From assembly GCA_918797485.1 (NCBI GenBank), contig CAKKNE010000003.1, forward strand, positions 558,001 through 622,000: a DNA stretch of 64,000 nucleotides. The letters run 5' to 3'. The notes beneath the pieces were generated by a model that was given only the letters and a program-made list of their open reading frames with translations, had not been told where the DNA came from and searched no databases. How positions within the stretch are numbered: the stretch's first letter is position 1; every line of letters begins with the position of its first letter. This document shows positions 1 to 11,208 of the stretch, one piece after another. Both the position numbers and the translations under genes were made by a program. The DNA is from Pelagomonas calceolata (taxonomy: Eukaryota).

Positions 1-2
1 AT

Positions 3-2006
3 TTAGCCAAGCGCGGCGTCGCGCCGTCGGCGCGCGACGCCGCCGTTTCTGTATCATTATGTCGCAAGACCGAGAGCCTCTTCCGCAAGCGCGCGGACGA
101 CCTCGACACCTCGGACGTGCGCCGCGCGGGATTCGATCTCCAGCGGCTGGCGCGCGGCTTCGGTGAGAGAAAAAAAACTGGTTTTTCGACTTTTTCGCGC
201 GAGTGGCAGAGACGTTTCAAAGAGCGAGACGCTGACGCCCACAAGGAATGGTTAGAACAAAGAACACGAGATCTTTCCAAATGGGCACGAAAAGGTAATA
301 TTTCCCAATTCCACGGCGGCGAAGAGGGTTATGCACTGGAGCTGGAAGCGCGCGTGTCCAAATGTGAGGAGATTGTGGACTCCGGCACTTTACCGGGTGA
401 AGCTACTGGTTTGAGGACCGTCCTCGTGGGAGGCTATTCTCTGGGGATCTGGTGCCGAAATGTTGCTAGGAATTACGCCTGTACTGTCAACTACATGATT
501 CTTGATCACAAACCGCTCGTAAAACGACTGGCCGCCCTGGCTGATAGAAACTACGATGCACTGGTAGGAGGCGTCCCTCGGGGATTTCAAATTGCCAGCC
601 AAATCCATCGCGCGGCTTTAACTTGCAAAAAGGGGCTTGATGATGATTGGTCTCCCGTTAGCGACGACGAGCTCATGAAGAACTTGAACTTTGGAAGATA
701 TACGATAGACGAGGAAGCTCACAAGCTGCTACATCTCAGGAATGTAGCGATAAAGAACGGTTTACCTGTGCACGAATCGGAGAAGGTGAAGGATTGGGAT
801 GTGATTAGTTACAAACCGCCATCTCTCGCAAGTGCAAATGCTAGACCTCTATATATTGATCCTTCCCGGCAGAAACAGTATAATCAAATGTCCCTGATTT
901 TCACAGACCCGGAGGGAACCTTGAAACCACCTACGAAAGATGAACTCACGACGAGGCTAGCTGGAAAGCACCCTGATTCCCTAGTGTCGGACGAGCAGTT
1001 CAAAGAGGAATTCGTGGCGGAGTTGCGTTCCTTAGGTGCTTCGGATGAAGACGTCGAGCTTGTGTCGCGGGAATGGGGTGTCGAACGTGGGTCCTCTGGA
1101 CACAAAAAGGGCTTTTTGGATGAAGACGGCAACGCCATTTCTAAGAAGGGGGCTAGAGTTAGATTTGGAGTAGCAACGCCCGCGCCCGCCGAGGCGTTGG
1201 ACGAAAACTGGGCGAGGGACGCGGAGTCATGTTTAGAGACGATCAACAAGCAAAAAGAGCGGAAGCAAAACTCCAAATTGAACCTGGAGGACGTGCGGGA
1301 GACGCTGACGAAGTACGGGTTCACTGGGCCGAAGGCGCCATGGCCCGTTCAAGCTTACATCAAAACCCCCAAGCACTGGCCGAAGAATCCGAAGAAAAGC
1401 ATGCAGTCTGTGTTGGCGGTCAAGCGGTACCTTGAGGGCATCCTCGAAGATGTTGATGCTAAGGCTGGTGGTGTTGGTGTTGGTGTTGGTGTTGATGAAG
1501 AAGGTGTTGAAGATGATGATGCTCTGGAGGGGTCTGCGACGGCGGAGCAGATCTCCGGTTCGGCCCCGGCGCCAGCGCCGAGCGACTTAGATAGTGATGA
1601 CGCGAACGATTTGGACTTCCTGAATGCTGTGTATCCGTCTTCGAAGGCGGAGCAGACCTTAGATTCGGCCCCGGCGCCGGCGCCGAGCGACTTAGATGAT
1701 GGTCAGGAGAAGAAGGAACCGGATGCGTCGTCGAGCGACGACTGCGAAATCATCGAGCCTCCTCCGCCGGCTCCGGTTCCGTCGGCTCCGGTGGATTATA
1801 TGACCATGAGCAGCGCCCAGGCCATGGCGATGACCATTGTTGGCGGCCACGGAGACGCACCGCCGTCCGCCGCTCCGGTCGCGGCTCCGGCCCCGGGCGA
1901 AGCTGCTGAGGTGCCCGCGGCGCCGTCGCCGTCGCCGGCGCCGGCGCCGGTGCCGCCCTCGCAGAACGCCGTCGAGCCCGAGTTCGATTTCGACTCGGAG
2001 TCCTAG
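3..2006 (+). CDS. 5'-partial hypothetical protein with acidic/Pro-Ala low-complexity C-terminus
   Basis: The frame of ORF 117..2006 is open back to the window edge (LAKRGVAPSARDAAVSVSLCRKTESLF...). No confident domain; GYSLGIWCRNVARNY is faintly helicase-associated (HA) repeat-like. Confidence 0.6.
   Translation, partial: LAKRGVAPSARDAAVSVSLCRKTESLFRKRADDLDTSDVRRAGFDLQRLARGFGERKKTGFSTFSREWQRRFKERDADAHKEWLEQRTRDLSKWARKGNISQFHGGEEGYALELEARVSKCEEIVDSGTLPGEATGLRTVLVGGYSLGIWCRNVARNYACTVNYMILDHKPLVKRLAALADRNYDALVGGVPRGFQIASQIHRAALTCKKGLDDDWSPVSDDELMKNLNFGRYTIDEEAHKLLHLRNVAIKNGLPVHESEKVKDWDVISYKPPSLASANARPLYIDPSRQKQYNQMSLIFTDPEGTLKPPTKDELTTRLAGKHPDSLVSDEQFKEEFVAELRSLGASDEDVELVSREWGVERGSSGHKKGFLDEDGNAISKKGARVRFGVATPAPAEALDENWARDAESCLETINKQKERKQNSKLNLEDVRETLTKYGFTGPKAPWPVQAYIKTPKHWPKNPKKSMQSVLAVKRYLEGILEDVDAKAGGVGVGVGVDEEGVEDDDALEGSATAEQISGSAPAPAPSDLDSDDANDLDFLNAVYPSSKAEQTLDSAPAPAPSDLDDGQEKKEPDASSSDDCEIIEPPPPAPVPSAPVDYMTMSSAQAMAMTIVGGHGDAPPSAAPVAAPAPGEAAEVPAAPSPSPAPAPVPPSQNAVEPEFDFDSES
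1470..1697 (+). repeat. (GGTGTT)4 microsatellite plus ~52-bp internal duplication (AEQxxxSAPAPAPSDLD x2)
   Basis: GGTGTT x4 at 1470-1493; near-identical segments at 1541-1592 and 1646-1697. Confidence 0.85.
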
Positions 2007-2098
2007 ACGCAGCGCTCCCCGGTCGCGGATGCCCCCCCCCACACTCTTCCCCTCCCGTGTGCGACACCCTGTAATAAGACCGTTTTGTAAACTATAAA

Positions 2099-2761
2099 TC
2101 ACGCGTCGACCCATCGCAAGTCACAGTTTCCCAGGAGAAACGCGGGGACGGCGTCCTCCGCAAGATTCTCGTCGCGCGCCCAGTCCGGCCCGAGCGCGTC
2201 CTGGGCAGCGGTTCGCAGAAGCGCGACGGCGACAGCCTCGGAGTCCTTGACAGCTCGCGCCCGCATGCGGTCGGCAATTATTGCCTTCTTTTCGTCGGGT
2301 GTTCGATAGTCTAATTGTTTGTCTACTACTCGCCGCACCGCGACGCGGCAGGCGCACGTCGTGCCCTGTTCTAATTCGCCAAATTCGGGCAGCAGGGCGG
2401 CTCGCATGTCGATATCCACCGCAAAGGAGAAATCAATCTTTTCTCCGGCACAAACAGCGGCCCTACAGATCCCCAGCGACACTGCGGCAAACGGTTCGGC
2501 CTGGTCGTCGAGGAGCTCCACAATGTAATTATCCCGTTTCCATTCGAAGCCGGGCGAGCTCAGTGATATCTCGGCGAGGACGCATAATCCTTCCTCGGCC
2601 GGCCCGTCGACGGGATACAACGCATACGGCTTATCGACCTCCTCGAACTTCGCGTCGATGTCGTCTTGCGTGACGATGCGCCGTGGCGCGTTGACGGAGA
2701 TGGATTTGTAGTCGAAGGCTGCCGCGCAGAGCAGCAGCAGGAGCGCTCGTATGGCAGCCAT
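2099..2761 (-). CDS. secreted or plastid-targeted hypothetical protein
   Basis: ATG at 2761 gives MAAIRALLLLLCAAAFDY, a signal peptide ending AAA-F. Globular-looking remainder. Confidence 0.6.
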   Translation of the reverse strand: MAAIRALLLLLCAAAFDYKSISVNAPRRIVTQDDIDAKFEEVDKPYALYPVDGPAEEGLCVLAEISLSSPGFEWKRDNYIVELLDDQAEPFAAVSLGICRAAVCAGEKIDFSFAVDIDMRAALLPEFGELEQGTTCACRVAVRRVVDKQLDYRTPDEKKAIIADRMRARAVKDSEAVAVALLRTAAQDALGPDWARDENLAEDAVPAFLLGNCDLRWVDA

Positions 2762-2886
2762 GGATCGCATCGATGGCGTGCTGGCGTGCAGTTGCAGCCG
2801 TGCAATCGAGCAGTGGCCTGTTCGTCTTGGAAATCCTAGAATGCAGCCTGGCAGCAATTCTCTGCCGCAGACCGCTGCTTACCGGT

Positions 2887-2911
2887 GCTAGCGGCATGTA
2901 AGACACTAGCA
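2887..2911. promoter_or_regulatory. conserved intergenic CTAG-pair element, copy 1
   Basis: GCTAGCGGCATGTAAGACACTAGCA between divergent starts at 2761(-) and 3085(+). Confidence 0.75.
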
Positions 2912-3084
2912 AGCTCCGGCTTTTTGTTGCAGCGTCGCGTTGCATAGGTTAAGCTTCGCGCAAACACTCGCATTGGTGCTCTACAAGCGCTGCGCACCCA
3001 ACTTGCAGAGCTTACAAGCCGACGGCGCTCCTTAGAAGCATTTTGCAACACCCTGGTCAAAAACAGCCTCCTCACAGCCTCACG

Positions 3085-3372
3085 ATGGCGGCTCAAACCG
3101 ACGAGGTCGCCGCATTGAAACGACGAATAGAAGAACTCGAACGCGCCGTCGCGGAGCACGAGTCCGGCGCGGTCGTGGAGCCGCATCTCGCCGCGAACAA
3201 AGACCTCGAGGCGACGTGTACTCGCCTGCGACAACGGTGTGAACAATTGGAGCGCGAGAACAGCACGCTCGCTTTAGCGTTAGCATATCGTCAGGTCAGC
3301 GGCGGCGGCGGCGGCGGCGGCGGAGGAGATGACGACGCGACCGCGGAGATTCCCGCGGAAGGAGTAAGTTAG
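3085..3372 (+). CDS. small coiled-coil protein
   Basis: MAAQTDEVAALKRRIEELER heptads; poly-Gly near the C-terminus. Confidence 0.55.
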   Translation: MAAQTDEVAALKRRIEELERAVAEHESGAVVEPHLAANKDLEATCTRLRQRCEQLERENSTLALALAYRQVSGGGGGGGGGDDDATAEIPAEGVS

Positions 3373-3395
3373 GCTACGTCATTCATAAATTTAGA

Positions 3396-6300
3396 TCACC
3401 CTTTCCGCCGCTTGCGCCGCGGGTCGCGCGCGCCTCGCGGATCCGTCGCCGGCGGCGGCGGCGAGAAGCCCTCCCCCACCCCACCGTCCACCGGAGTCGG
3501 CGCCTCGACGACCTTCGCGCGTCGCTTCCGCGCACGCGGATCCGCCGGCGGCGCGACCGGTGGCGGCGCCGTCGGGTCAGCAGAGAAGCCCGTGGAAATG
3601 GCGGGCGCGGCGCGAGGGGACCCAGGGAGCATACCGGCGGCAGCCGCGCCACGCGCAGCACGCCTAGCGCGAGGATCGGCGGCCCCGCTCGTGGCGGCGG
3701 GCGCGACGGGTGCCGCGGCGGCGGCCGCGCGCACCTTGCCGAGCGCGAGCCGCCCGCGTTTCCGCGAGCCCCAGCCGCCCTGCGAGAGACCTGTGTGGAA
3801 ATCAACAGATGAGTTAGGGAATCGGCGTGGGGCGCCTGAAAAATTGATTTCCACACCGCGACAGACCCGACACACGGATCGCCTCGTCCGACGCCAGGGC
3901 CCCGGCCTCCTCCTCGCCGACGGCCTCCGCGACGGCTTTCCGCACGTGCTTCAGGGGCACGTTCTTCGCAGCGACCCGCAGCAAAGATCGGGAAGCATCC
4001 TCGCCGTCCCAGACGAGCCGCTCGCCGTAGCCTTGGCCAGCACGATTCAACCCGCCGAGACCCTGGTGGCGCCCCAACGCATGAGCCCTATCCCCGCCAA
4101 GCCGCATGGGCGGCTCGTCGTCGTCGTCGTGCTTCGCGACGCATTGTAGGTCAGAGTGCCACTTTTGTAAGGTTGCCGTCTGGCGGTCCGTTTCCCCCAC
4201 AATTTCGGAGGCCGCCTCGCGGCAGCGCTTGGCGACGTCGCCGTCGCTCTGCTTCGCCAGACTCTCGTCCTCATCCACAATCGCTTCGTTCGTCGCGGGC
4301 GCTTGCGACGCGTCGATGAGGTCGCGCGACGCGCGTTTCGCGACGCGGGCATAAGCTTTCAACACATCCGTGGCGTCGCCGGGGTGCTCCGCTTCCAACA
4401 CACTCCAGGCGTCCTCATTTTCATCAGCAAACAACCCCACGGCCCGCTGTAGTCCCTCAGCGACGTCGCCCTTCAATAAAGCGTTAACTTCCACCGGATC
4501 ACAGCGCGCGTCCCAAGCTAATGCTACTGGAGCTCTCGCGCAGTACGCCGCCGCCCGCAGTAGTTTCGCGGCTCGTGACGCCAATCCTTCAAAGACCTCG
4601 CGTCTTTCAGATAAGATTTTGCTTTTGAACTCTTCGGTAGTGTCCTCTTCGGGCGCGTCGGGCGCGTGCCCGGGCCCGCCCTCCCGCAGCGCTTCGAGAG
4701 AGGTCGTCAATCCGGTTACGGCCCTCGTTAATAAAGATGAGCCACCTGAGGAAGAGGAAGCAGCCCCCAGCGCCCTTAAGACGCGCGGCGCGTTCCTTCT
4801 TTCCCGCGCTAAAATGGCCAAGCAGCGCGCCGTCGACGCGTGGACGTGCGCGTCGGCCTTGTGGTACTTGGCCAAAACTTTGGCTAGGGCTCGAGCGAAG
4901 GCCGTCAGAAACGTCGTCGAGATGCCTGAGCCATACACTTCGTTGCGTTCGGGCGGAGGATAGCCCGCCAAGAGAGCGTCCAATGCGATCCTCGATTTCT
5001 CGATATCATCAGAAGCCGTCCGCTCCTGGGCGTCGTGCGTCAGGGCCGCGAGAGACTCCAACGCGAGTCGTAGCAACTCCGGCTTCGGTAATGACAAAGC
5101 GTCGACCAACACCAACGGCGCGCCGCAGGCGAACAGGGCCGTCCTACCGGACGACGAGCAACACGCCTCCCGGACGCCCGTGAGCAATCGCGCCGCGCGG
5201 TGCCAGGCCTCGAAATTTTCGAGCTCCCCGAACATCGCCGCCCGTTTTTCGTGGTCCTGTGCGTGACCGAAGCGGTCGCGTCGATGGCGTGGCGTAGTCG
5301 CGTCGATGGCATCGGAAAGGGACGCGGGCGCGAACCGTCTCGGCCCTTGCAGCGTATGCTTTCGCATCTTTGGCCTTGCCGCACTGGACCGCCGCTCTCG
5401 CTTCTAGGAGTAAGTACGAAGCGGTCTTTGCTCCACTGACAGGCCCGAGATCGACTAAGCCAGCCACGAGCTCCGACCCGACGCCTTGCAAGGCCTTGGC
5501 CGCGCTCTCCAGGCACTTCACGGCGAACTGAATCACTTCATTCGTGACGGCATCGTCCCATCTTGATCTCTGGGCTCTTTGGGCCGTTTCTTGTAACGCA
5601 CGCGCGTGGTTCCGCGCGCCTCTTCTCCCATCCAAACACGCCTGCAATGCTGCTCGTCTAGCATCCGCTCGATCGTCCTCCAATGAGTCGCGCAGCCCGA
5701 GCGAGTAGCCCACATATCCTCCATCGTCTAGATCCGCCACATCTTGTGACGAGGAAGGGAGGCACGGCGCCCGTCGCGGTAAACACCGTTCTAGGGCGGA
5801 CGCGCAGCCGAGCCACGCCGCTGGGGACGACCGGGCGAGTTTCGCGACCGCTTTACATAGTGACGAAGGCGACCACGTTTGAGACCAGTACTTCCGCAAC
5901 AAGAGTACTAAATGCTCAGCTAATGACTTAGCTTGGTTATACAGAGGCGTCTCGACCGGTCTTAATTCGTCCTCGTCCTCCATGCCGTCGTCACAGGCTC
6001 GCTCGTGGAGCAGGGGACCGAACGTAATACATAGCGACGAGATACACTTGAGCAACACATCCAAGACGTCCGCCTCGTCGCGCCATTGTTCAGAACATCT
6101 TATGGATGCTAACAACGTATCAGCTAACGCACAGGCAGCTAAGCCCGTATCTAGACACCTTTGTAAAGCTGAAAACCCCTCCTCCGTGTGGACCGGTTCG
6201 ACGTCCTCATCATAGTCTTCCTCGCCGTCCACACCGAGAGCCGAGACCCTGTTGGCCGCCGTATTTACTTGGTCATTGACGTCTCCAAGTAGAGGCGGCG

Positions 6301-8560
6301 GCACGTCGCCTCGCAGTAGTACGACTCTCGCTGCGACGGCGTCTAGCACGCGAAACACGCCGGAAGGATCTGAAGGTGATAATAACCGTCGCTTGATGGC
6401 CGCACTCAATAAGGATCGGAACGACTCCGTGTCATTCGTGTTCGCCGCGACGATTCTACGAGCTCTTAAACGAGCGTTCAGTGCCGATAAACCGCAGGTA
6501 GCCACTCTTAATGAAGCTTCGTGGTCCAGCGCCTCCCTTCCATAACTCAAGCCCTCGTAGTCCTCGTCCTTGTCAACCTCACCTATATCCTTCGCGACAC
6601 ACGCGGCCGTGTTGCAACAGGTCGTCACTAGCGCATCATCGTCCTCCTCTAGCGAGAAGACGGTCTCCGTGGTCCTTGCTAGAATCCGCAGTCGTCGCGC
6701 GACGTCTTGCACCGACGCGCAAGTCACCTCCCTTGATTCCTCTTTCAGCAACGCGCGCGCCGCAGCCGAGGCCGGGGCCGGGTCGCCGTCGCCACATAGT
6801 TTGCTTCGTACTTCACTTCGTTTCAGGGTTAATAAGCGGCACGCGGATGACGGCGCCGCCTCGCCGAATAATGACAGCAAAGCTAAAGCATGTTCGGCGG
6901 AGGCCGGGTCCGACGACGCTTGTAAGATGCAATCGAACGCACCTTCCGTCTCGCAGACGGCGCGAGTCATACTACTACAATCATTCGACTCGGCGACGAA
7001 TCTAATAGCACTCAACAATTCGGCGCGCGTCGGCGGGCCCGCGTCCTTATCTTGTGTGGAGGATATGCCCGGCAGCGGCGCGCTCATCTCGAAGGCTTCA
7101 GGTCTTTTGACAGGAGCGTCGGGGAGACTCCGAGCTAGCGTATAGGTCAGCCGCTGCGTCTGTACAATATCCGCAAGATCTGAGATGGAGCAGCACTCGA
7201 CGAAGGCGTCTGCTGCTCTTGGGCAGAGCGCCCAGAGTGCGCCGCCGCCTTCTACATCATTCAGTAAGTGGACGAGAGCGCCCAATGCTTCGTTACAGGG
7301 TGCCACCGACGCAGATGCGTCGCGCCGCGTCGCCGCATCCATAAAATCCTTGGCTACGCAATCACTCGTCGCGGCGGCTAGCGCGGCGCAGGACGCCGCC
7401 AACCTGCCTCGCAATAAGACGTCCAGCAACCGCGCATCTACCACAGGTTCCGAGGCGCCCCATTGTTCAGTCACAGATCGGGCCGCCGCGTCGCGACAAG
7501 CTCTTTCTAGTAAAGCGCGCACGGCGTCGCAGGCGCCCGTCGCATCGCGTAATCTAGGCCACGTCGGCGTCGCTAGACATGAAGCCGCCGCGTCTCTCAG
7601 AGAAGCGAGCGCTCGTACGAGACCGCATCTTCTCAAGAAACGGTTCGCATCCTTTACGAATGAGGGGCGCATGATCGGTGAATCTCTCAGTAGTCTACGG
7701 ACGACGGGCGCCGTGTCCAGTTTTGATGCCGCGTCGGGCGACGCCTCCGCGAGACTTCGCAACGCGCCCGCTACACTTTCCACTAGTCTTGGCGGCGCGT
7801 ACTCCTCGTCGAGGATACTACTGGATGAAGCCTGCACCGTATCTAGTAACGCCATCGACGCGAGGGACGCGTCTCCAGCACTACACGCCTGATCGATCAA
7901 CTGGAAGGCGGCCACTTGCGTCTCGTAGTCGTCCGAAGCGATGTTTGACGAGCAGCATTGTATGAGAGCCTCCCAATTGGCGGAGGGCAGCTTCTCGAGC
8001 GCTTGCTGCGGCGTCACGTCCGAGGGCCATTCGTCCTCGGCCTCATCTTCCAAGGATGAAGGTATCGTAGTAGCGTCCTGCTGCTCACCTCGCAATAGTC
8101 GATCCACAACGGGATCCAGGAGCAACCGAGCGCCGTCGCGCGACGGCGTTTCGTAGAACTCGGGGGGTGGCTTGGGTTTGGCATTTTTGGCCTTTTCCGC
8201 CGCCAGCGCCTCCCGTTCTAAGCGAGCTTCCTCTTTCAAGTCAGCTAACTCGCCGTAGACCGCCACGCAGACGCGGTAGTAGTCGCCTCTAAAGGCGAGC
8301 TTCGAGGTGACGACGCGCTCCTTCACGTCGCACGTGCCGCCTCTTGACACGGGGCCCTTGTGTATTTGACTGAGTTCCTTGGCGTCCTTCTTCTGAAAAC
8401 TCAATTCTAATTCAAAGGGTTCCTGTTGGGTCGTCGCGACGACGTCGTGCGCGAGCGTCGAGTGCGGCACAACCGAAAAGCGCTGGACGCGCACCGGCTT
8501 CGCGAACAAAATCTCGTCGTCGTGGGCCCTTCCTAGATGGCCGACGAAGAGGAGGCGCAT
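3396..8560 (-). CDS. VIRMA: virilizer-like (VIRMA/KIAA1429) protein; 3 exons (introns 5335-5257 and 3866-3791)
   Basis: The N-terminus (LLFVGH..DEILFAKPVRVQRFSVVP..TTQQEPFELELSF..SKLAFRGDYYRVCVAVYG) matches the VIR_N pattern, followed by a long helical solenoid. Removing two GT-AG introns joins ORFs 5144..8560, 3814..5367 and 3396..3875 in frame. Confidence 0.7.
3791..3858 (-). mobile_element. introner element (68 bp); intron 3866-3791
   Basis: TIRs CGGTGTGGAAATCAA / TTGATTTCCACACAG; 8-bp TSD GTCTGTCG / GTCTCTCG. Splicing restores ...IRVSG-LSQGGW. Confidence 0.9.
5257..5335 (-). other. 79-nt GT-AG intron, probable degenerate introner
   Basis: A phase-0 GTTCGC...CACGCACAG intron joins AARAET to DHEKRAAM. 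It contains two GCCATCGACGCGA motifs shared with the introners, but no clear TIR or TSD. Confidence 0.7.
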
Positions 8561-8928
8561 CTTTTATGTGGTGTGCGGCCTCGCCGCCTCGCTGCCAGTC
8601 TATTGTATTGTGTGCAGCGACGGCGCGCGCAGCGATGCTGCGTCCAGTTTCGCGCAGATGAAAGATCAAGCAAAGCTCCTGCGCAGCGCTGCTTGAATGG
8701 CGCCTCACGCGTGCTGCGCGCGCGGGCCGGCCACATATTAACTAGCGTTATACCCCCACTAGCGTTTTGAGCAGCGCAGGCTGCTTTGACGCATCGAACT
8801 AGCCGGCCCTGCGCGCGTAGAAATAATTGAAATTTGAATATCTCGCGGCTTGCGCTGCGAGCTGCGCCGGAGTCGCTGTGGAAGGCACCAGCCACACAGG
8901 CTCTCTGAGCGTCCGCAGCAAAGTCAAG

Positions 8929-10065
8929 ATGATTCTCACACTGTGTAACGCCTGCGCCGCGACACTGCCTGAGGAGACCGTGCGCTGCGCCGCATGCGCC
9001 ACCGGCTACTGCTCGGAGCGCTGCGAGCGCTACGACCGGCGCCGCGGCGGCCACGGGAAGATCTGCGGAGCTGTAGCAAGCGGCGGCGGTGCCGAACAAT
9101 ACCACGCCGACAAAAAATACGAGGAGGCCGTCGCGGACGCGGTCGAGGAGTGCGCGGAGGACACGGACGGCCAGACGTGCTACATCTGTCTGGAGGACGG
9201 CTCGGAGGAAGGTCTCGTGCGCGGGTGCTCGTGCCGCGGGGCGTCTGGCTTCGCGCACATTTCGTGCCTGGCGCGGCAGGCGAAGATTTTGGTCGCGGAA
9301 GCCGAGGAGAGGGATTTGGACGACGACGCGTTCGATGCGAGGTGGCGGCGGTGGGATACGTGCCGTCTGTGCGAACAAGACTACCACGGCGTCGTGAGGT
9401 GTGCGCTCGGGTGGGCGTGCTGGAAGACGTACGTGGGGCGGCCGGAGGGGGACGAGGTTCTGAGCTTGGCGATGAGCCTGCTTGCGAACGGTTTAGCCGC
9501 GGCAGGACATGACGAGGACGCGTTGCCCGTGCAAGAGGCAGACTTGGCTATGATGCGGCGCCTTGGTGACTCAGAAGATAGCATTCTCGTCGTGCAGAGC
9601 AATCTCGCGATGACGTATGCTTCGCTTGGACGCCTTGAGAAGGCCCTAAGCATGGAGCGAGATATATACTACGGACGTTTGAAACTCGACGGCGAGGAAC
9701 ATGAGAGAACCCTCATGGCGGCCAACAACTACGCAACAGGCCTTCGTGAGCTAGAGCGCTTCGAAGAAACCAAGGCACTGTTGCTAAAAGTGATGCCCGT
9801 GGCGCGACGCATTCTTGGAGAAAGTGATGGACTCACGCTCAAGACGCGGTGGAATTACGCGCAGTCGCTCTACAAAGACGACGGAGCCACGCTCGACGAT
9901 GTCCGCGAGGCCGTAACGACGCTCGAGGAGACGGAACGGACCGCGCGGCGCGTGTTCGGTAGCGCGTACCCGACCACAGAGGGCATTGCGGACGCTCTAC
10001 AAGACGCGCGAGCCGCGCTCCGTGAGCGTGAGGCGTCGTCGCCGTCGCCCTCGGAAAGTTCCTAA
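8929..10065 (+). CDS. MYND zinc finger - RING-CH (RINGv) - TPR protein, putative E3 ligase
   Basis: CNAC..CAAC...YCSERC......HGKIC; CYICL...GCSCRG..FAHISCL...CRLC; C-terminal kinesin-light-chain-like TPRs. Confidence 0.85.
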   Translation: MILTLCNACAATLPEETVRCAACATGYCSERCERYDRRRGGHGKICGAVASGGGAEQYHADKKYEEAVADAVEECAEDTDGQTCYICLEDGSEEGLVRGCSCRGASGFAHISCLARQAKILVAEAEERDLDDDAFDARWRRWDTCRLCEQDYHGVVRCALGWACWKTYVGRPEGDEVLSLAMSLLANGLAAAGHDEDALPVQEADLAMMRRLGDSEDSILVVQSNLAMTYASLGRLEKALSMERDIYYGRLKLDGEEHERTLMAANNYATGLRELERFEETKALLLKVMPVARRILGESDGLTLKTRWNYAQSLYKDDGATLDDVREAVTTLEETERTARRVFGSAYPTTEGIADALQDARAALREREASSPSPSESS

Positions 10066-10104
10066 GTTTGCGGTAGGTATACCCCTTGGTTTTTCACACA
10101 ACAA

Positions 10105-10830
10105 TTAGCCAGCCGGCGCCACGGCTTCCTCGCCCGCCTCGCCAGTCGACGCGTCCACGTCGATCTCTATCGGATCAGACGAAACAGTCGCCACGGCGAC
10201 GCCGCGGCCGTCCGCAGTAAGCAGCCCGACGAGGCGCCGCTTAGCCGTCGTCCCGTCCTCGTCACTTTCCAGAATGGCCGCCAGGTCGGCTTGGATCGAC
10301 GCCGAGCCCGCGCCCGCGGCGCACGCTTTCAATGGAGCGACCCAGCCCGACGGGTCGACACGAAATAAAGAAGAAGGCGACGCGAGTATAAGGGAGCAGC
10401 CGTAGGGCCGGAAGCCGCCGCGCTGCGTGCGCTCCTGCACGCGGCGGCCGACCTCGGTCGCTAACATCGATGCCGACGGCGGGAAGCCGTTGGTCTTCTC
10501 GAGCTCTATGGCTATCGTTCGCGCTGCATCCACTAGGGAGCGGAAGTCGGCTGGTAGACCCGCATAGGTTGCTATTGTCGTCTCCGTCACCCGCAAAATG
10601 TGCAAGCTGTGGCCCTCGACTACGAGTGCTTTGTCGCTCTTCTTATACGCTTTCGCCAGTACGACACCGTCGCGCGTCGTGATCGCGGCGCAGGGCGGGC
10701 CATTATCTACCGCTTTGCCCGCGAACTCGATCTGTTGGATCCTCCCTTCCGGGCTGAAGGTCGAGAGCGAGAAGGAGTAGGGCGACGTCTTGGCCGCTGC
10801 CAGTGCGCAGGTGGTGAGGAGGCGCAGCAT
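10105..10830 (-). CDS. divergent 20S proteasome alpha subunit (alpha-2-like) with N-terminal signal-peptide-like extension
   Basis: YSFSLSTFSPEGRIQQIEFA, GLPADFRSLV, TQRGGFRPYGCSL and VDPSG motifs; preceded by MLRLLTTCALAAA. Confidence 0.85.
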   Translation of the reverse strand: MLRLLTTCALAAAKTSPYSFSLSTFSPEGRIQQIEFAGKAVDNGPPCAAITTRDGVVLAKAYKKSDKALVVEGHSLHILRVTETTIATYAGLPADFRSLVDAARTIAIELEKTNGFPPSASMLATEVGRRVQERTQRGGFRPYGCSLILASPSSLFRVDPSGWVAPLKACAAGAGSASIQADLAAILESDEDGTTAKRRLVGLLTADGRGVAVATVSSDPIEIDVDASTGEAGEEAVAPAG

Positions 10831-10975
10831 GCTGCTAGGGCTGTGCGGCGGTTGGTGGCGAGGTAAGAGCTGGCTGTGCGCCGAGGTATCGAGCAATAAC
10901 GATGAATGCTGGCCAAATTTATCCGCAGGTAGAGGGATGCAGCAAGCTTTTTGCAAGGCCGTCTTTGGCTGTGCT

Positions 10976-10998
10976 TGCTAGTGTCCTACAACGCTAGC
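10976..10998. promoter_or_regulatory. conserved intergenic CTAG-pair element, copy 2
   Basis: TGCTAGTGTCCTACAACGCTAGC between the divergent proteasome alpha and PSY genes. Confidence 0.7.
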
Positions 10999-11208
10999 TC
11001 ACGACGCAAATTCACACTCTTGTAACCCTACAGACCCCTCTTGTTGCTCTGCAGACGGATACCGGAGCGTAGTAGCAGGCCAAAAGTTTTTACTTGGTTG
11101 CAGGCGCAGGCGCATCGTAGCTGCTCGTCTGCGCATAAGCTGAGCTGCATGGATCCAGCCACCGCGAGCAGTAGGGAGCAAGCAGAAGAGCCGGCGAGGC
11201 CGCAAACT

